A stretch of DNA of 64,000 nt. Source: Eledone cirrhosa (lineage: Eukaryota). Numbering within the stretch: position 1 is the first letter of the stretch; the number at the start of each line of letters is the position of its first letter. The notes beneath the pieces were generated by a model. The model was not told the DNA's origin. It saw nothing but the letters and a program-made list of their open reading frames with translations, and ran no database searches. The stretch is from the NCBI GenBank assembly GCA_964016885.1, contig OZ024742.1, forward strand, positions 303,986,001-304,050,000, written 5' to 3'. The translations under genes and the position numbers were made by a program. This document shows positions 27,056 to 40,328 of this stretch, in pieces.

Positions 27056-27123
27056 ACTATTATATATATACATATATATAAATAGTCACACACACACGGA
27101 CACTATATTTGTATATATATATA

Positions 27124-27895
27124 GGGAAAAAAGATGAAATCGAAAATGCAACTGGAGTCTTTTTAAAAAAAATATATATATTTATTTGGTTCCTTTACCG
27201 GTTTCGCAGTTCTTCTGCTTTTCAAAAGTAGAACTGAGATGGAGGGTTTGTGGTTTTTCTCGCATCTGGTTGGTGTTAGAATGTTACTTCCGTTTTATAT
27301 GGGAAAAAGTGGCTCGAAATGCTAGGTTTATAGAAAAGTAATTTGGTTCGTTGATGACCATTATGTGAATAAGTATAATAAATTTCGCGCCAGTTCGCGT
27401 TACAAAGTTCTTATCATATTTGCCTTTAAAAAAAGGGGGCTCAGAATGTTTTTTCATGGCGCGAAAGTTGATGTGCTTATTCACGTGACTGCATAAACAA
27501 ACCAAATTTCACTCATATATGAAAAAACAATCTGAGCCCCCCCCCCCTTTTTAAAGGCAAATATAATAATGGTGCGAAATTTCTTATAATTATTCACATA
27601 ACATTCATCGACGAACCAAATTACTTTGTCTAAAAACGCAGCATTTCGAGCCACATTTTTCAATATAAAACAAAAGTAACATTCGAACACCACCAGATGC
27701 GAGAAAAACCACAAACCCTCCATCTGAATTCTACTTTTGAAAAACAAGAACTGCGAAACCTGTAAAGGAACCAGATAAATATATATATATAAAAAAAAAA
27801 CTCCTCCAGTTGCATTTTCGATTTCATCTTTTTTCCTTATACTTTCACTCGTGTAGGACATCGCGTTTTTTTTCATTTTGTAAAAAAAACCTCAC

Positions 27896-27903
<8 letters not shown>
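27124..27903 (+). mobile_element. Fold-back-plus-tail element (~330-bp arms) carrying the UUGAAAA hammerhead in each arm
   Basis: 27124-27457 is inverted at 27519-27837. Same tail as 17474-17540. HHR at 27192-27229 (minus) and a degenerate copy at 27734-27768 (plus). Confidence 0.88.
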
Positions 27904-28356
<453 letters not shown>

Positions 28357-28368
28357 ATATATATATAA

Positions 28369-28969
28369 AGTATTAAAAAAATAATGAATAAAACAATGAA
28401 ACAGTTCCTTATATTAAACAAAAGAAGTTCATTATTTAACGATCGTTTCTAGGACATATATGTGTTAGAATTGGCATGCATATTCAACAGATCTATGTAC
28501 AAAATTATACAAAATTATACAAACTACCAAATATAATATACATACCAAACACATACATATGCCGTCTTCAGAAATAATGAAATATATTTATTGATAATAA
28601 CAACAATTCAAAATTACAGGTCTGTTTGGGAACAGAGTTCAAATTGACCAATGAAATACACAAAAATATATCAAGAAAATACAGTTAGGTGTGTGTATAT
28701 ATGTAAGTAACTTCGTTCACAGATATGCATAAAAATATATGTTCACATGCATACGCATGTCGAAAAAATGTATGTAAATACAAAAATTCAGGGCTAATGT
28801 CTCTGTATGTTTATAATCTACAGATAAAATACACATACGTATATAAACATATATACATTCATATATACACACATATACATACATTCACGCGCATATACAC
28901 ATAAACATACACATACCCACGAACACACACACACACACACACACATACACACACACACACGCACTCACA

Positions 28970-29050
<81 letters not shown>

Positions 29051-29313
29051 GTATATATTATTATTATAACTATATGGATATTAAGGCGCACACATAAACA
29101 CTGCCACATATATTTTTACATCTAGATGCAAGAAGTAGGAAGGGGGGTCAGTAATTACTAAGGGTGTCAGAGAACTGCCTATTTATAAAATGTATCTATA
29201 AATTTAGAAATAAAAAGAAATATATTAAAAAAAATATAAACAAGTAAAATATATACTCATACATAAAATACACACCGATATACACATATACATATATATA
29301 TATATATACATAC

Positions 29314-29352
<39 letters not shown>

Positions 29353-29789
29353 CATACATACATATATATATATAGAGACACATACATATACATATATAAA
29401 TACATAGACACACATACATACACACATATATATATATATACATATATTCACAACACACATACATATATACACAAATATGTACATATATATACACACATAC
29501 ATATATATACATATATACATACACATACATATATATACACACATATATACACACATATATATACATATATACATACACACACATATATATACACACACAC
29601 ACACATACATATACGTATATATACACAAACATACACATATCCATGTATGTATATACACATACAACCACACGCTCACACAACACAGACATACATAAATAAA
29701 GAGATATACATACACACATATACATATATATATATATATATAGATATATACATACACATAAATATATATACACACACACACATATACAT

Positions 29790-29836
<47 letters not shown>

Positions 29837-30004
29837 TATATATATATATATATATAAAAAGAAGTAAATAAATAAATAAATAAATACACACAGTCAGACA
29901 ATTATGCACACATATATATATATACATACATATATATACACATATATACATATACATATATATATATACTCATACATAAAATACACACCGGTATACATAT
30001 ATAC

Positions 30005-30073
<69 letters not shown>

Positions 30074-30375
30074 CATATATACATATATATACATACATAC
30101 ATACATATATAGAGACACATACATATACATATATAAATACATAGACACACATACATACACACATATATATATACATATATTCACAACACACATACATATA
30201 TACATAAATATGTACATACACATACACACATACATATATATACATATATACATACACACACATATATATACACACATATATACACACATATATATATACA
30301 TATACATACACACACATATATATATACATACATACACACATACATATACGTATATATACACACACATACACATAT
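28369..30375 (-). mobile_element. Non-coding hammerhead-bearing element plus patterned TA/CA tract; second copy at 62715-64000
   Basis: 28371-29280 aligns with 62871-63707. An internal duplication of the patterned tract lies at about 29253-29650 and 29965-30375. Confidence 0.85.
28429..28580 (-). ncRNA. Type I hammerhead with long stem II
   Basis: TCATTATTT-CTGAAGA-CGG-C-ATATGTATGTG...CACATATATGT-C-CTA-GAAA-CGATCG-TT-AAATAATGA. 9-10 bp stem I, palindromic stem III ACGATCGT. Confidence 0.8.
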
Positions 30376-30403
30376 TATATATATATATAATAATAATAAT
30401 AAT

Positions 30404-30480
30404 AATTGTTTCTACTTTTGGCACAAGGCCAGCAATTACCACAGTTTATTACTGCTACTTTATTTTATCGACCCGTAGGA
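30404..30480 (-). mobile_element. SINE 3' fragment with (ATT)n tail
   Basis: TTGTTTCTACTTTTGGCACAAGGCCAGCAATT...TTTATCGACCC. Confidence 0.8.
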
Positions 30481-31874
30481 AAACAGGAATACGATACTTT
30501 GGTTCGTGGAAACGTTCCCTGGCAAAGAATGGGAAAAAACGAATATTATACGTCATTAATAGGAGAGATGAAAAACAATTACGCGCAAAGACAGAACCAC
30601 GTTCATGGTATAAAAGAAGTCGTAGACTAATGTTCTCTTAGGTGGTTCATGGAGACGTTCTCTCGCAATGAACGGAAAAAAACGAAGATAATACGTCATA
30701 TGTGGACTGTGGAGAACAATTGCAAGCAAAGATAAAACCACGTAAATGGTATAGCTGAAGTCGTAGACTAAATTCTAAATAGGAAACCGAATGAACTCCG
30801 CTTCAGAGTTAAGAATAAAGTAAATAAATACAATACAGAGGTAATAGAAATTAAATAAATGCATACACGCATGCAACTACGTACATACACAAGCATACGC
30901 AAAACACTTGCAATAGGTATACAAAACCACGCACATATAAATATGTGTGTGTGTGTGTGTGTGTGTGCGTGTATACAAATAAATAAATAATTAAATAAAC
31001 GTATATAAATAAATAAATACGTATATAACAAGCGCACACACATACCTACATGTAAATACACAAATGTTCGGAGACGTAAGTCAACCGAAACATGAAGTAC
31101 ACATATACACACACCCTACATACGTACGAACCTGCATACTCACGCAGACGCAAAACTCCCGTATACACATAACCAAACCATATGTACCAGAATATATAGA
31201 AAATTTATACGCCATAACATAATCAATCAAATATACGTATGAGAAAGTATACGTACCTTCACAAAACATACAGGTAATATGGTAATATATACTTACCTAT
31301 GCAAATAAGTAATGGTATAAACAAAACATATACTTAGCTACCACATCAAGACGTAAAATATCCACGTATAGATCGTACTATCCGTTAGGGTGGGGCTGTA
31401 ATATATATATATGAGAAGTATAATATCAGTCTGTCTCAAAACTGGAGGCTAATCGGGCGGTTGCTTATTCAAATTTCTGTTACGTTTAGCGACTGAAAGA
31501 ACAAGACATACCCCACCCTTGGACACGCCACTAATCCAGTAATCAACATCCAACTACTATTGGTACGCATTAGAGCAGGAGTATATGGAGTAACGGGAAA
31601 TGAAGTGCTTTCCCCAAGAACACAACAGAAACCGGCCATATGCCATCAGTATATGCCATCAGTATATAGTGAAATATGAATTATAGCTCATTGGAATAAA
31701 TCTGTAGCCTTTGCTGTTGTTTATAATACGTATCCTCCCAAAACGAATTTGGAATGGTATATGTCGTTGGGTGCTTTAATCCATTTACATAACAGTTGAC
31801 TGATTAGTGTGTGGATAACACAACTCTAGTTAGTTAACAACTGCTGTATATATATATATTATATATATATACTA

Positions 31875-32428
31875 AGTCGCGCGGGGGTGACCCTGGCTGT
31901 CTGATAGCTATGGTAGCGGTACTCAATGTCCTGGCAGGTTTTACCATGCTACACAGATGATATCAGACTATTGGTCCTAGAGATGATTCATCATCTTCTA
32001 GAGTTCAAAAGCTAGCTAAATTGAAGAGGTATCAGCCTGCCCGCCCAGCCAGTGGGATGGCGTCATCTTATGGCTAAAACAGCACGAAGAAAAGGGCCTC
32101 AGTAACCTGCGCGTCAATCGGGCCACTCCACGCGGCGGAGTGCAACCAGAGCGACGAGAGGCTGCTAAGAATCACAGGTTCCCGAAGGCCGCCATGGAAC
32201 AAGACTAACCTTGCCATATGCACCTACAACTGCAGGTCTTTGGCAGGGAGGCAAAGACTGAACCACCTAATGGAGAAGAAGAAGAAGAAGAAGAAGAAGA
32301 AGAAGAAGAAGAAGAAGAAGAAGAAGAAGAAGAAGAAGAAGAAGAAGAAGAAGAAGAAGAAGAAGAAGATCAGGTGCAACGTTTTAGGGCTGAGCGAGAC
32401 CCGCCAGAAGAAGGAGGCGTGTTTCAAG
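31875..32428 (+). mobile_element. 5' end of an RTE LINE (5' UTR plus APE N-terminus)
   Basis: KTNLAICTYNCRSLAGRQRLNHLME(K)nIRCNVLGLSETRQKKEACFK, containing the APE motifs TYN and GLSE. Confidence 0.8.
32275..32369 (+). repeat. (GAA)n expansion inside the RTE coding sequence
   Basis: Direct inspection; frame is preserved. Confidence 0.95.
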
Positions 32429-32985
32429 AACACTATTAAAAATTCACACTCACAATAATTATTTTAAAAGTTACCAAAATGTAAAATGTTCTCTATAAAT
32501 TTCATTGGCGTGGGGGAGATTATATAACAATGAATATTATAGAAGTTTAATAGCATCTAGAGAAATATTTCATTGGCAACTAGGTAATAAATGTTGTTAA
32601 CACTCTTGGGTGGACAGAAAGTGTGTGAATGTCCATCGGAATAAATGATACTATTTGGGTGATACACATAATTTGTTTCCCGGTAAGATACCACTATTTG
32701 TCCAGTTGAAAATATCCGGTCGAGTTTTCCATCTACCAATCAGTGAAATGTGAAAGTTTTTATGAAAGCCGACATTGCTCTTCTGAATATATCATAAAAA
32801 AGCACCGCAAAATATCTGAGAGAAAGAAAATGGTTTTAAACGATATGCATATTTATATTTGCTGTTCATGCCTCATAGAATTCACATTTATTCATACAAA
32901 GGTTTTTTCAAAGAATTATTTCAAACACATTTTCGCATGCCTTGAAACATGTTAGTAGAAAAATGTGACAATTAGAAAATCTCTC

Positions 32986-33019
<34 letters not shown>

Positions 33020-33065
33020 AACACACACATGTATATATATAAATGCATATATATATATGTTAATA

Positions 33066-33350
33066 TATGTCAGGTCACCAGTTGGTGCTACTGGTAACAT
33101 GTATCCCAGTACAACCTGTTCCATGGTCGGGTCGTTAGCGACTAAACTGGCAACCCCACAAAAGGTTTCTTGGTGAGGAGGGTGACTTTGGACATCCTGC
33201 AGGACTAAAACAAAACCTGTCAAAGGGCAAAGGAGCTCTTAAGAATCAATGGCCATTCAAAATCACCGGGAGAGATGACCCCTTAGCCTTTGTCAAGGCA
33301 GAATTCTAGGAGAAGGAAAACTCTGATATAACACCTTCAACCCTGATGGT
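33066..33350 (+). repeat. Dispersed element homologous to 770-955 (minus)
   Basis: TGTCAGGTCA...GTGCTACTGGTAACATGTA..CCAGTACAACCTGT..CATGGTCGG.TCGT..GCGACTAAACTGGCAACCCCAC...GTGAGGAGGGT. Confidence 0.8.
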
Positions 33351-33686
33351 ATCCAATGATGTTGACTTGTTCTTCTTTTTGGTAAATATCATCTTGGTTA
33401 AGAGAGTGGGATTCGCTTTGTGCAGTGCCTTTGCTCACTATAAAAGTTTCACGGCACAGGCATTGATTTATATCTGGAGATCTCTCTGCACTTGTCATCA
33501 CATAGTACCATGGGCTCAGCACTATGTGTCAATAATTGTCACAAGTGTAGTATTTGTACCAGAGTTTACAAGTTGCTGGCTGGACTAAAAAGTCACACTT
33601 GTTCAGCGCATCGGTAGGGGTTCTCCTACATAGATATAAAGTAGTAGCAGTACACGAAAACGAGTTGGCAGCCACCATATATATAT

Positions 33687-33856
<170 letters not shown>

Positions 33857-33904
33857 TCACACATACATATATATATACATGCATATATATCTTTGTATAT
33901 ATAC

Positions 33905-33955
<51 letters not shown>

Positions 33956-34102
33956 TTTTGAGTATATGTTGGTTGTATACCATCACCTCAGTATGCAGGC
34001 TGGAGCACTCGACGAAGTGCGCAGGTAGGTTTGGTTACTCCGGAGTAATGTAAAATAAAGTTAAATAAAAAGTCAAATGTTTAAAATTTAGCTTCGTTTA
34101 TT

Positions 34103-34157
34103 ACTGCTATATATATTTCAGTGACAGCCATCTTTGGCTGTGACCTCTTCAGGCAGT
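34103..34157 (-). ncRNA. Type I hammerhead ribozyme motif
   Basis: ACTGC-CTGAAGA-GGT-C-ACAGCCA/AAGA/TGGCTGT-C-ACT-GAAA-TATATAT-A-GCAGT-AATAAA. Confidence 0.85.
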
Positions 34158-35384
34158 TTGAATTAGTGTGGTATAGACAAGTACATATGTTGTTGAGGTG
34201 TATAATTTTGTCAATACTCTGATATGCCCAATTCCTGGTTGGGTTGTTATTTCACTGAGGAAATGGAATAATATGAATTCAAACAAACGAATTTCAGTGT
34301 CAAAGGGCCTCTTCTCCTCTCATTGGTCAGTTATTAGAACATTCCTCATTCTAAGTGTTGTTAAGAAATTGATAAATTGGTAGAAGGGACAAGGTGTTAA
34401 AGGAACAAAATAACAAAAAAAGTGTCAAACTTCCCATTGGTCAGTTCTGAGAGCATTCCTCAGTCAGAAGTCTATAGAATTCTTTCTGGGGTGAGGCTCC
34501 CTGTAGTGTTTGTGTTTGCTATTGTTAAGTACATTTGACCTCTACCATTATTTTGGTAGTGTTGTTGTTGCTGTGGTCAGCATATGTCCTGCTGTTGCTG
34601 ACAATTTAGAAGTATCCAGTGTGTGTTTTTCTTCATCCCTCCTGCCACCATCTCTCATAGTGGTGGTGGAGAGGGGGGGGGGTCTTCCATGTATATGAAG
34701 AAATATAAGGCAATAAATGAAGAAAACAGAAAATAAATAATATAATAAAATAATTAATATAATTTGTATAATTTGAAAATAAATAAATAGAGAATAAAGA
34801 ATAAAGAATAAAGAATAAATGAAAAATTGGTGAAAAATAATGAAAATGAATATGGAGAAGTGAAAAATAATGTAGGATAAAATGTGTGTGTGCTATAACC
34901 AATCTCAAGGTCAGAAATATGTTGGATAGATTGGTATGAGGACAAGATGTTAAAATAAGATAATCAAACAAAATGTGTTTGTGTTATAATCAATCTCAAC
35001 TTAAAAATAAATATAAGGTGATACAGTGAAGAAGGCAGAAAACAAATAACAAATTAATAAAGAGAAATCAAGATTTAAAATTGGAACTTGAAAATCAGAA
35101 ATCAAGTAAATTAAAAAGTGTCTGTGTTATATAGATGTTGGCCAAATTATAATGGCTGTGTCCGATTCAATCTCTAGGCTATCATGGTGTCTGCTCAGCC
35201 TGGGTTGTTCCCTATGGCTTGAGGGGAGTTCACAACCTAGGTGTTGTTACTGCCCATATAGCTTGAGGGAGGTCTGGCCGAGAGGTGTTTACATGTTTTG
35301 TAGCAGTCCCTATAGCTTGAGGGGAGTTCACATCTTCTTGTGTTGCTACTGTCCATATATCTTGAGGAAGGTCCCGGCTCTAAG

Positions 35385-37630
35385 GTGTCTGCATGTCCCA
35401 AAGAAGTCGGTTCTGAGGTTTATCAGGCCGCATCCATCTCTTAGTATCTAGAGGGTCTCGTTCAGGCATAGTTTGCATATGCAAGATCCCCCTTTATCGG
35501 GTGGTACTTTCCTGATTATGTACCAGGCCAGAGAGTACGGGGTCCTGTCAAGCTTAAGCTTCCAGATCAGGTCGGAGAGAGCCGTGCTTTTCCTTTTGGC
35601 CTCCTTATTGAATGAATGGCGATGGTTGTACCAGCGGTCTTTAAAGCTCGTTGATGTGGCTCCTATATAGAGGTGTTCGGAGTTGGGGGTTTTAATCCTA
35701 CAACCGTATACTAGATTCTTCTTGAGGCATTCATTACCAAGGGGGCATGATTTGGGGCTTCTGCAGTTACAGAGGGTGGTCGACCTCTGCGTGCCTAGAT
35801 TAGGGTTCCCATTATGTGTTACGTGTTGGTCTTTCCCCGGGCTCGGTGGGGGGTCCCCGGGTCTGTTTGGGTTTCTTGGGTGGGCTCTGGGTCCCCCCTT
35901 CCCTCCTTTCACATGGTTCTGCTGAATGTTTGTATTGCCATCTTCTGGTTGTGTGTGGTTTTTAAGCCTACTCCTGTTGATGCTAGCTATGTGTTGGGCC
36001 AGATTTCTCGTGGTGGAATACGAGAGCTTCACAGTGTGTCTGTTGAAGATCCTGTGGTATCTGTGGTCCCACGGGAAGCATTTGTCAAGTGCTCCAAAGA
36101 ATGATCGGGCCAAGCTGTTCTTTAGGGCTGCTGAGTAGGGTGGGTTGTACCACGTGATTTTTCGGTGTCTCCTCCTATATGTGTGGGTCGGGTGCGTCGT
36201 GATTTGTTGAAGATTTGTTGGGTTGCTGGTGGTTTCCGCACTGTTGCTTCCCCTTTGGGCTCTATGCTTTTTGTTATCTTCGCGGCCCGAATCTGTGGGG
36301 TGGTCGTTGCCCGCCCCGGGAGATCCATCGTGGGGTGGTCCCGCGTTTCCCCCCTCCCTACGTGTCCTGCGGTTGGGGTCGTCTGTCCTGGGGTGGTTAG
36401 CGTTACCTCTGAGACTGCTACTCATATTGTGCTTCCTCTCGTGGTCAAGCGCACTAGTTACCACCGCCCTTGTCGTGGTGTCGGGCACATGGTGCCTATT
36501 TGTTTCTGCTCTTCCTGTATTGTTAGGGTTCGCCCCCCCCCCCTCCCACACGAGCAACGCGGGTGTGGGTGTCTGTTGGGCTATCCCCATCCCGGCGTTT
36601 CGGACTATATGTTATATTTTGGCCATGTGCCGCCTTTTTAGAGCTGCGTTGTAATATTCCGCGTGGTTATTGAATATTTCCTTACTTGTGGACAGGCTGA
36701 AGAACCTGTCCGAGACACTCTTCACCACTTCCTTGGTTATGGATCTAGGGTGGTTTGATTTGGCGTTAACATATACGAGTTTCTCGTTGGGCTTGTGGTA
36801 GGGGTAGTATTGCTCGGGGTTCAGGTTTAGGGTGGTGTCTAGGAAGTTAACTACCTTCCTATTTGGGTCTATTTCTATACTGAGCCCCTGGTTCTTAAAG
36901 AAATGGCGAATACGTCTCCTCATTCCCTCCAACATATTAGTGCTGTGGTCATATACTGTGAATAGAGCATCGTCACGATATAATCCGCCGCCCAGACAGG
37001 GGATTTCATTTTTATCTGCTTCAGCAGGTAGAGCCCAACCAGCTCCGTTACCTGAGCTGAGTCGCTGGAGCCCATCGTGATGTCAAAGTTATTTGGCCAA
37101 TCACTCCTGGTCCAAAGGTCTCCATCGAAACGGATTAAGGTATTTCTTGCGGCGCGGATGATGTTCACCTCCTCTCGGGTTAGGTCCGTATTGGACATCG
37201 CTAAAAATAGGGCCTTATTAAGTACTATGGGTGAGATTGAGGAGTAGTAGCTTGCGATGTCCAGTTGTATAAAGCTGGTCCCACTTTTCTCATGCAGTAT
37301 TTTAAACCATTCTATTACTTCTCCCGTGCATGACCATTGCTGTAATTTAGTTTTCTTCCGAAGCTTGGGCAAAATCCTATCCAGTATTCTTTTACTGACG
37401 ATCCATAGGTCAGATCTGGAGGGGGCTATTAGTCTGACAGGGAGGTCGGACTCAAAGTTTGGCTTGTGATCTTTAAGGGTAATCCGCGGCTCCCTTGGTT
37501 GGTATGGGGCTTCCTGTCCTCTATGCCGATTCTAGATATAATCCTGTAAGCTGTTGCATTGATCTCATCCAGGGTAAATCCAGGTGTTTTTTGTAGCAAT
37601 TCCTCAGTTCCCTGAGGATTAGCTTATTGT
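35385..37630 (-). pseudogene. Frameshifted PLE RT plus GIY-YIG polyprotein
   Basis: LKDHK; FIQLDIASYYSSIS; FDITMGSSDSAQVTELVG; GGLYRDDAL; FLDTTLNL; KSNHP; RKITWYNPPYS; CNCRSPKSC (CxCx5C); NLVY..YIGAT; CKLCLNE. Confidence 0.9.
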
Positions 37631-37738
37631 ACAACAACACTTAGAATGAGGAATGTTCTAATAACTGACCAATGAGAGGAGAAGAGGCCCTTTGACACTG
37701 AAATACGTTTGTGTGAATTCTATACCACACTAATTCAA

Positions 37739-37793
37739 ACTGCCTGAAGAGGTCACAGCCAAAGATGGCTGTCACTGAAATATATATAGCAGT
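37739..37793 (+). ncRNA. Type I hammerhead ribozyme motif, inverted copy
   Basis: Identical to 34103-34157 in the opposite orientation. Confidence 0.85.
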
Positions 37794-37838
37794 AATAAAC
37801 GAAGCTAAATTTTAAACATTTGACTTTTTATTTAACTT

Positions 37839-37894
<56 letters not shown>

Positions 37895-37963
37895 GCATTT
37901 ATATATACATATTTTAATATATATATATATATATATTTATTAAAATAACAGATTAGAGTCTAA

Positions 37964-38024
<61 letters not shown>

Positions 38025-38162
38025 TTTATCCAGCAGAGTTACGTCCCTTTACGATCTGAGTTCAAATCCCGCCGATATTAAAGCAGCGATTCTTTGCTTA
38101 AACTTTAATCTGTTATTTTATTAAATATATATATATATATATATATGCATATATATGTATGT

Positions 38163-38760
38163 ATATAGAAATTACATGAATCAATGTTCTGTTTAAACCA
38201 TTTATTCGCTTACAATTGTTTCTTCCAAACCGAGGTTTGGAGTCTTCGGAGCAATTTTTCAATGATTTTTTACATACTTGACCTCCTTTCCAACACAAGA
38301 GACATACAGAAACATATGTATATATTGATGCACAGTGGGTTGACATCCATTATAATATTAGTAAATTGAATGTAAATTGAATGTAAATTGCCATGCTATA
38401 ATATTATAATGGATGTCAAATCACTGTGCATCAATATATATATACATATGTTTCTGTATGTCTCTTGTGTTGGAAAGGAGGTCAAGTATGTAAAAAATCA
38501 TTGAAAAATTGCTCCGAAGACTCCAAACCTCGCTTTGGAAGAAACAATTGTAAGCGAATAAATGGTTTAAACAGAACTTTGATTCACGTAATTTCTATAT
38601 AACTGCTCCGTAGAACAACTGATGTTATTACATTGAGCTATTTATCTTACTGGTAATAAGGTAGTAATAAATTACTGTCTTTCACTATTTAGGGTTTAAA
38701 ATATATATAACTATAAAAGGTTTTAGTATATACATAACCATAAATAGTATCCTTAATACT
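38163..38760 (+). mobile_element. Fold-back-plus-tail element (~200-bp arms) with a CCGAAGA hammerhead in each arm
   Basis: 38163-38359 is inverted at about 38398-38600. Centre has an 11-bp tandem GTAAATTGAAT. Tail 38601-38760. (TA)n flanks. Confidence 0.88.
38509..38557 (+). ncRNA. Variant hammerhead (core CCGAAGA); mirror copy at 38206-38254 (minus)
   Basis: TTGCT-CCGAAGA-C-TCCAAA/TTTGGA-A-GAAA-CAATTG-TA-AGCGA, with AATAAA overlapping the end. Confidence 0.7.
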
Positions 38761-38765
38761 ATATG

Positions 38766-38832
<67 letters not shown>

Positions 38833-38868
38833 CATATATATATATATTTTATACATATATATATATAC

Positions 38869-38965
<97 letters not shown>

Positions 38966-40328
38966 TATATATAAATATTGAAAATATTGTGGCTTACTTT
39001 AAGCTTCAACAACGCAGCTTTGATCATTGATATTCGAGCAAGTTGAGCATTTAATTTAATACATTGTCGGCGAGAACCCCATGGATCTCATACAGTAGTT
39101 TGATAGCTTTGCAGTTATCAAACTAGAACTTTCTGCTCCGAATAAATGCTAGAGACTATACTTTACCAATGAATGATATTTTTAATTAGTTTCAATTGCA
39201 TGTGTTTAAATGTATATATTTTTTCTTTAATTAAATTAACCATGCTATTGGAATTAAATTAATCTTCCACATATATTTGCAATAGGAATGCATGTAACAT
39301 GTACAAAACTATTTTAACTATCAAATGAAAAGAATAAATACAAAAATAAAAAAAAATTAAAATACCAAATGAAATGTGCTAAAAATAAATGAAATAGATA
39401 TCTAAAGAGAACGGTAAATAAATGAAATAATATATAAATGAATAGATATGGGATTGATTATCTCTCATTGTCATACTTTTATTAGAATCTCAGCTGGAGA
39501 AGAACAAGGCTATTTTTCCTCCCACAATCTCTTTCTCTTTTATGCCATGACTTCGTGACGATATTCCTTCTTCCTAAGAATTAGTCTTTTTCTTTCTTTG
39601 CAAACGGTCTGACAATATATTTAGAAGCATCTGCACGAAGATCTCACGGTGTTCAATAGAATCTTTATGTGGAAAATTGCAGCAAACCACGATATTATTT
39701 ACTAGAGCTAAGGAGATTCTGGACTCTATTATCGGTAACCCTTAAAACTTCAGCGGCAACAACTACCAATTACTCTCAGTGACTATCATTAACTTTGCTA
39801 TGAATTCTCACAAAATATATTGAAACTAACAGACATGCCACTAACAGCTGCACCGGGGACAGGGCACATGGCCCACATTTTTATATGTCATTTAATTCAA
39901 TGTTTCTATTGTGAATTGAATTGACCTCACTATATGGTCCTATAACACTACTATTTTCCAACAATTAAACATATTCAAGCAAATAAGATTGAAGTACTTT
40001 TGACTTTAGCACGTTTTCTGCCTTCCTTCATATATTGATTGAGAGTCTGCTCTGATATCACATAAATAACAAAGGATTCCAAATAGAATTTTTTTATTAA
40101 AAACATTATTTCAGTTTCCTATTTTAAATGTACTTTTCAGAAAGATGTTTCGTTATATCGTTAGGTTAGTGTTTACTTATTTAATGCATGCCGCATTTAA
40201 AATTGCAAACTGGAAATAATTATGCGGTGCGGAAAAGAAAATATTACTTAATGACTAATATAATTTTGATTATTTCAGTAAGTGGGAAATAAGAGACCTG
40301 GCATGTTTGGACATCATTATATGATCAG

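Larger units (their letters stand above)
33960..37845 (-). mobile_element. 5'-truncated Penelope-like element (probably Hydra clade) with inverted pseudo-LTR
   Basis: 34051-34361 is inverted at 37633-37845. RT plus GIY-YIG on the minus strand. An HHR in each pseudo-LTR copy. Microsatellite flanks. Confidence 0.9.

Noticed and set aside
29196-30641. Many long ORFs of YI/CV/HT repeats, also at about 33.5-34, 38.7-39, 48.5-49 and 63.6-64 kb
   Set aside because: These are translations of TA/CA microsatellites with no coding signal.
34176-34274. Possible intron in the pseudo-LTR
   Set aside because: No GT-AG ends on either strand; a 2-nt microhomology deletion fits better.
35210-35370. Repeat-spacer-like pattern reminiscent of CRISPR
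   Set aside because: The spacers themselves repeat, the context is a eukaryotic PLE 3' region, and there are no cas genes.
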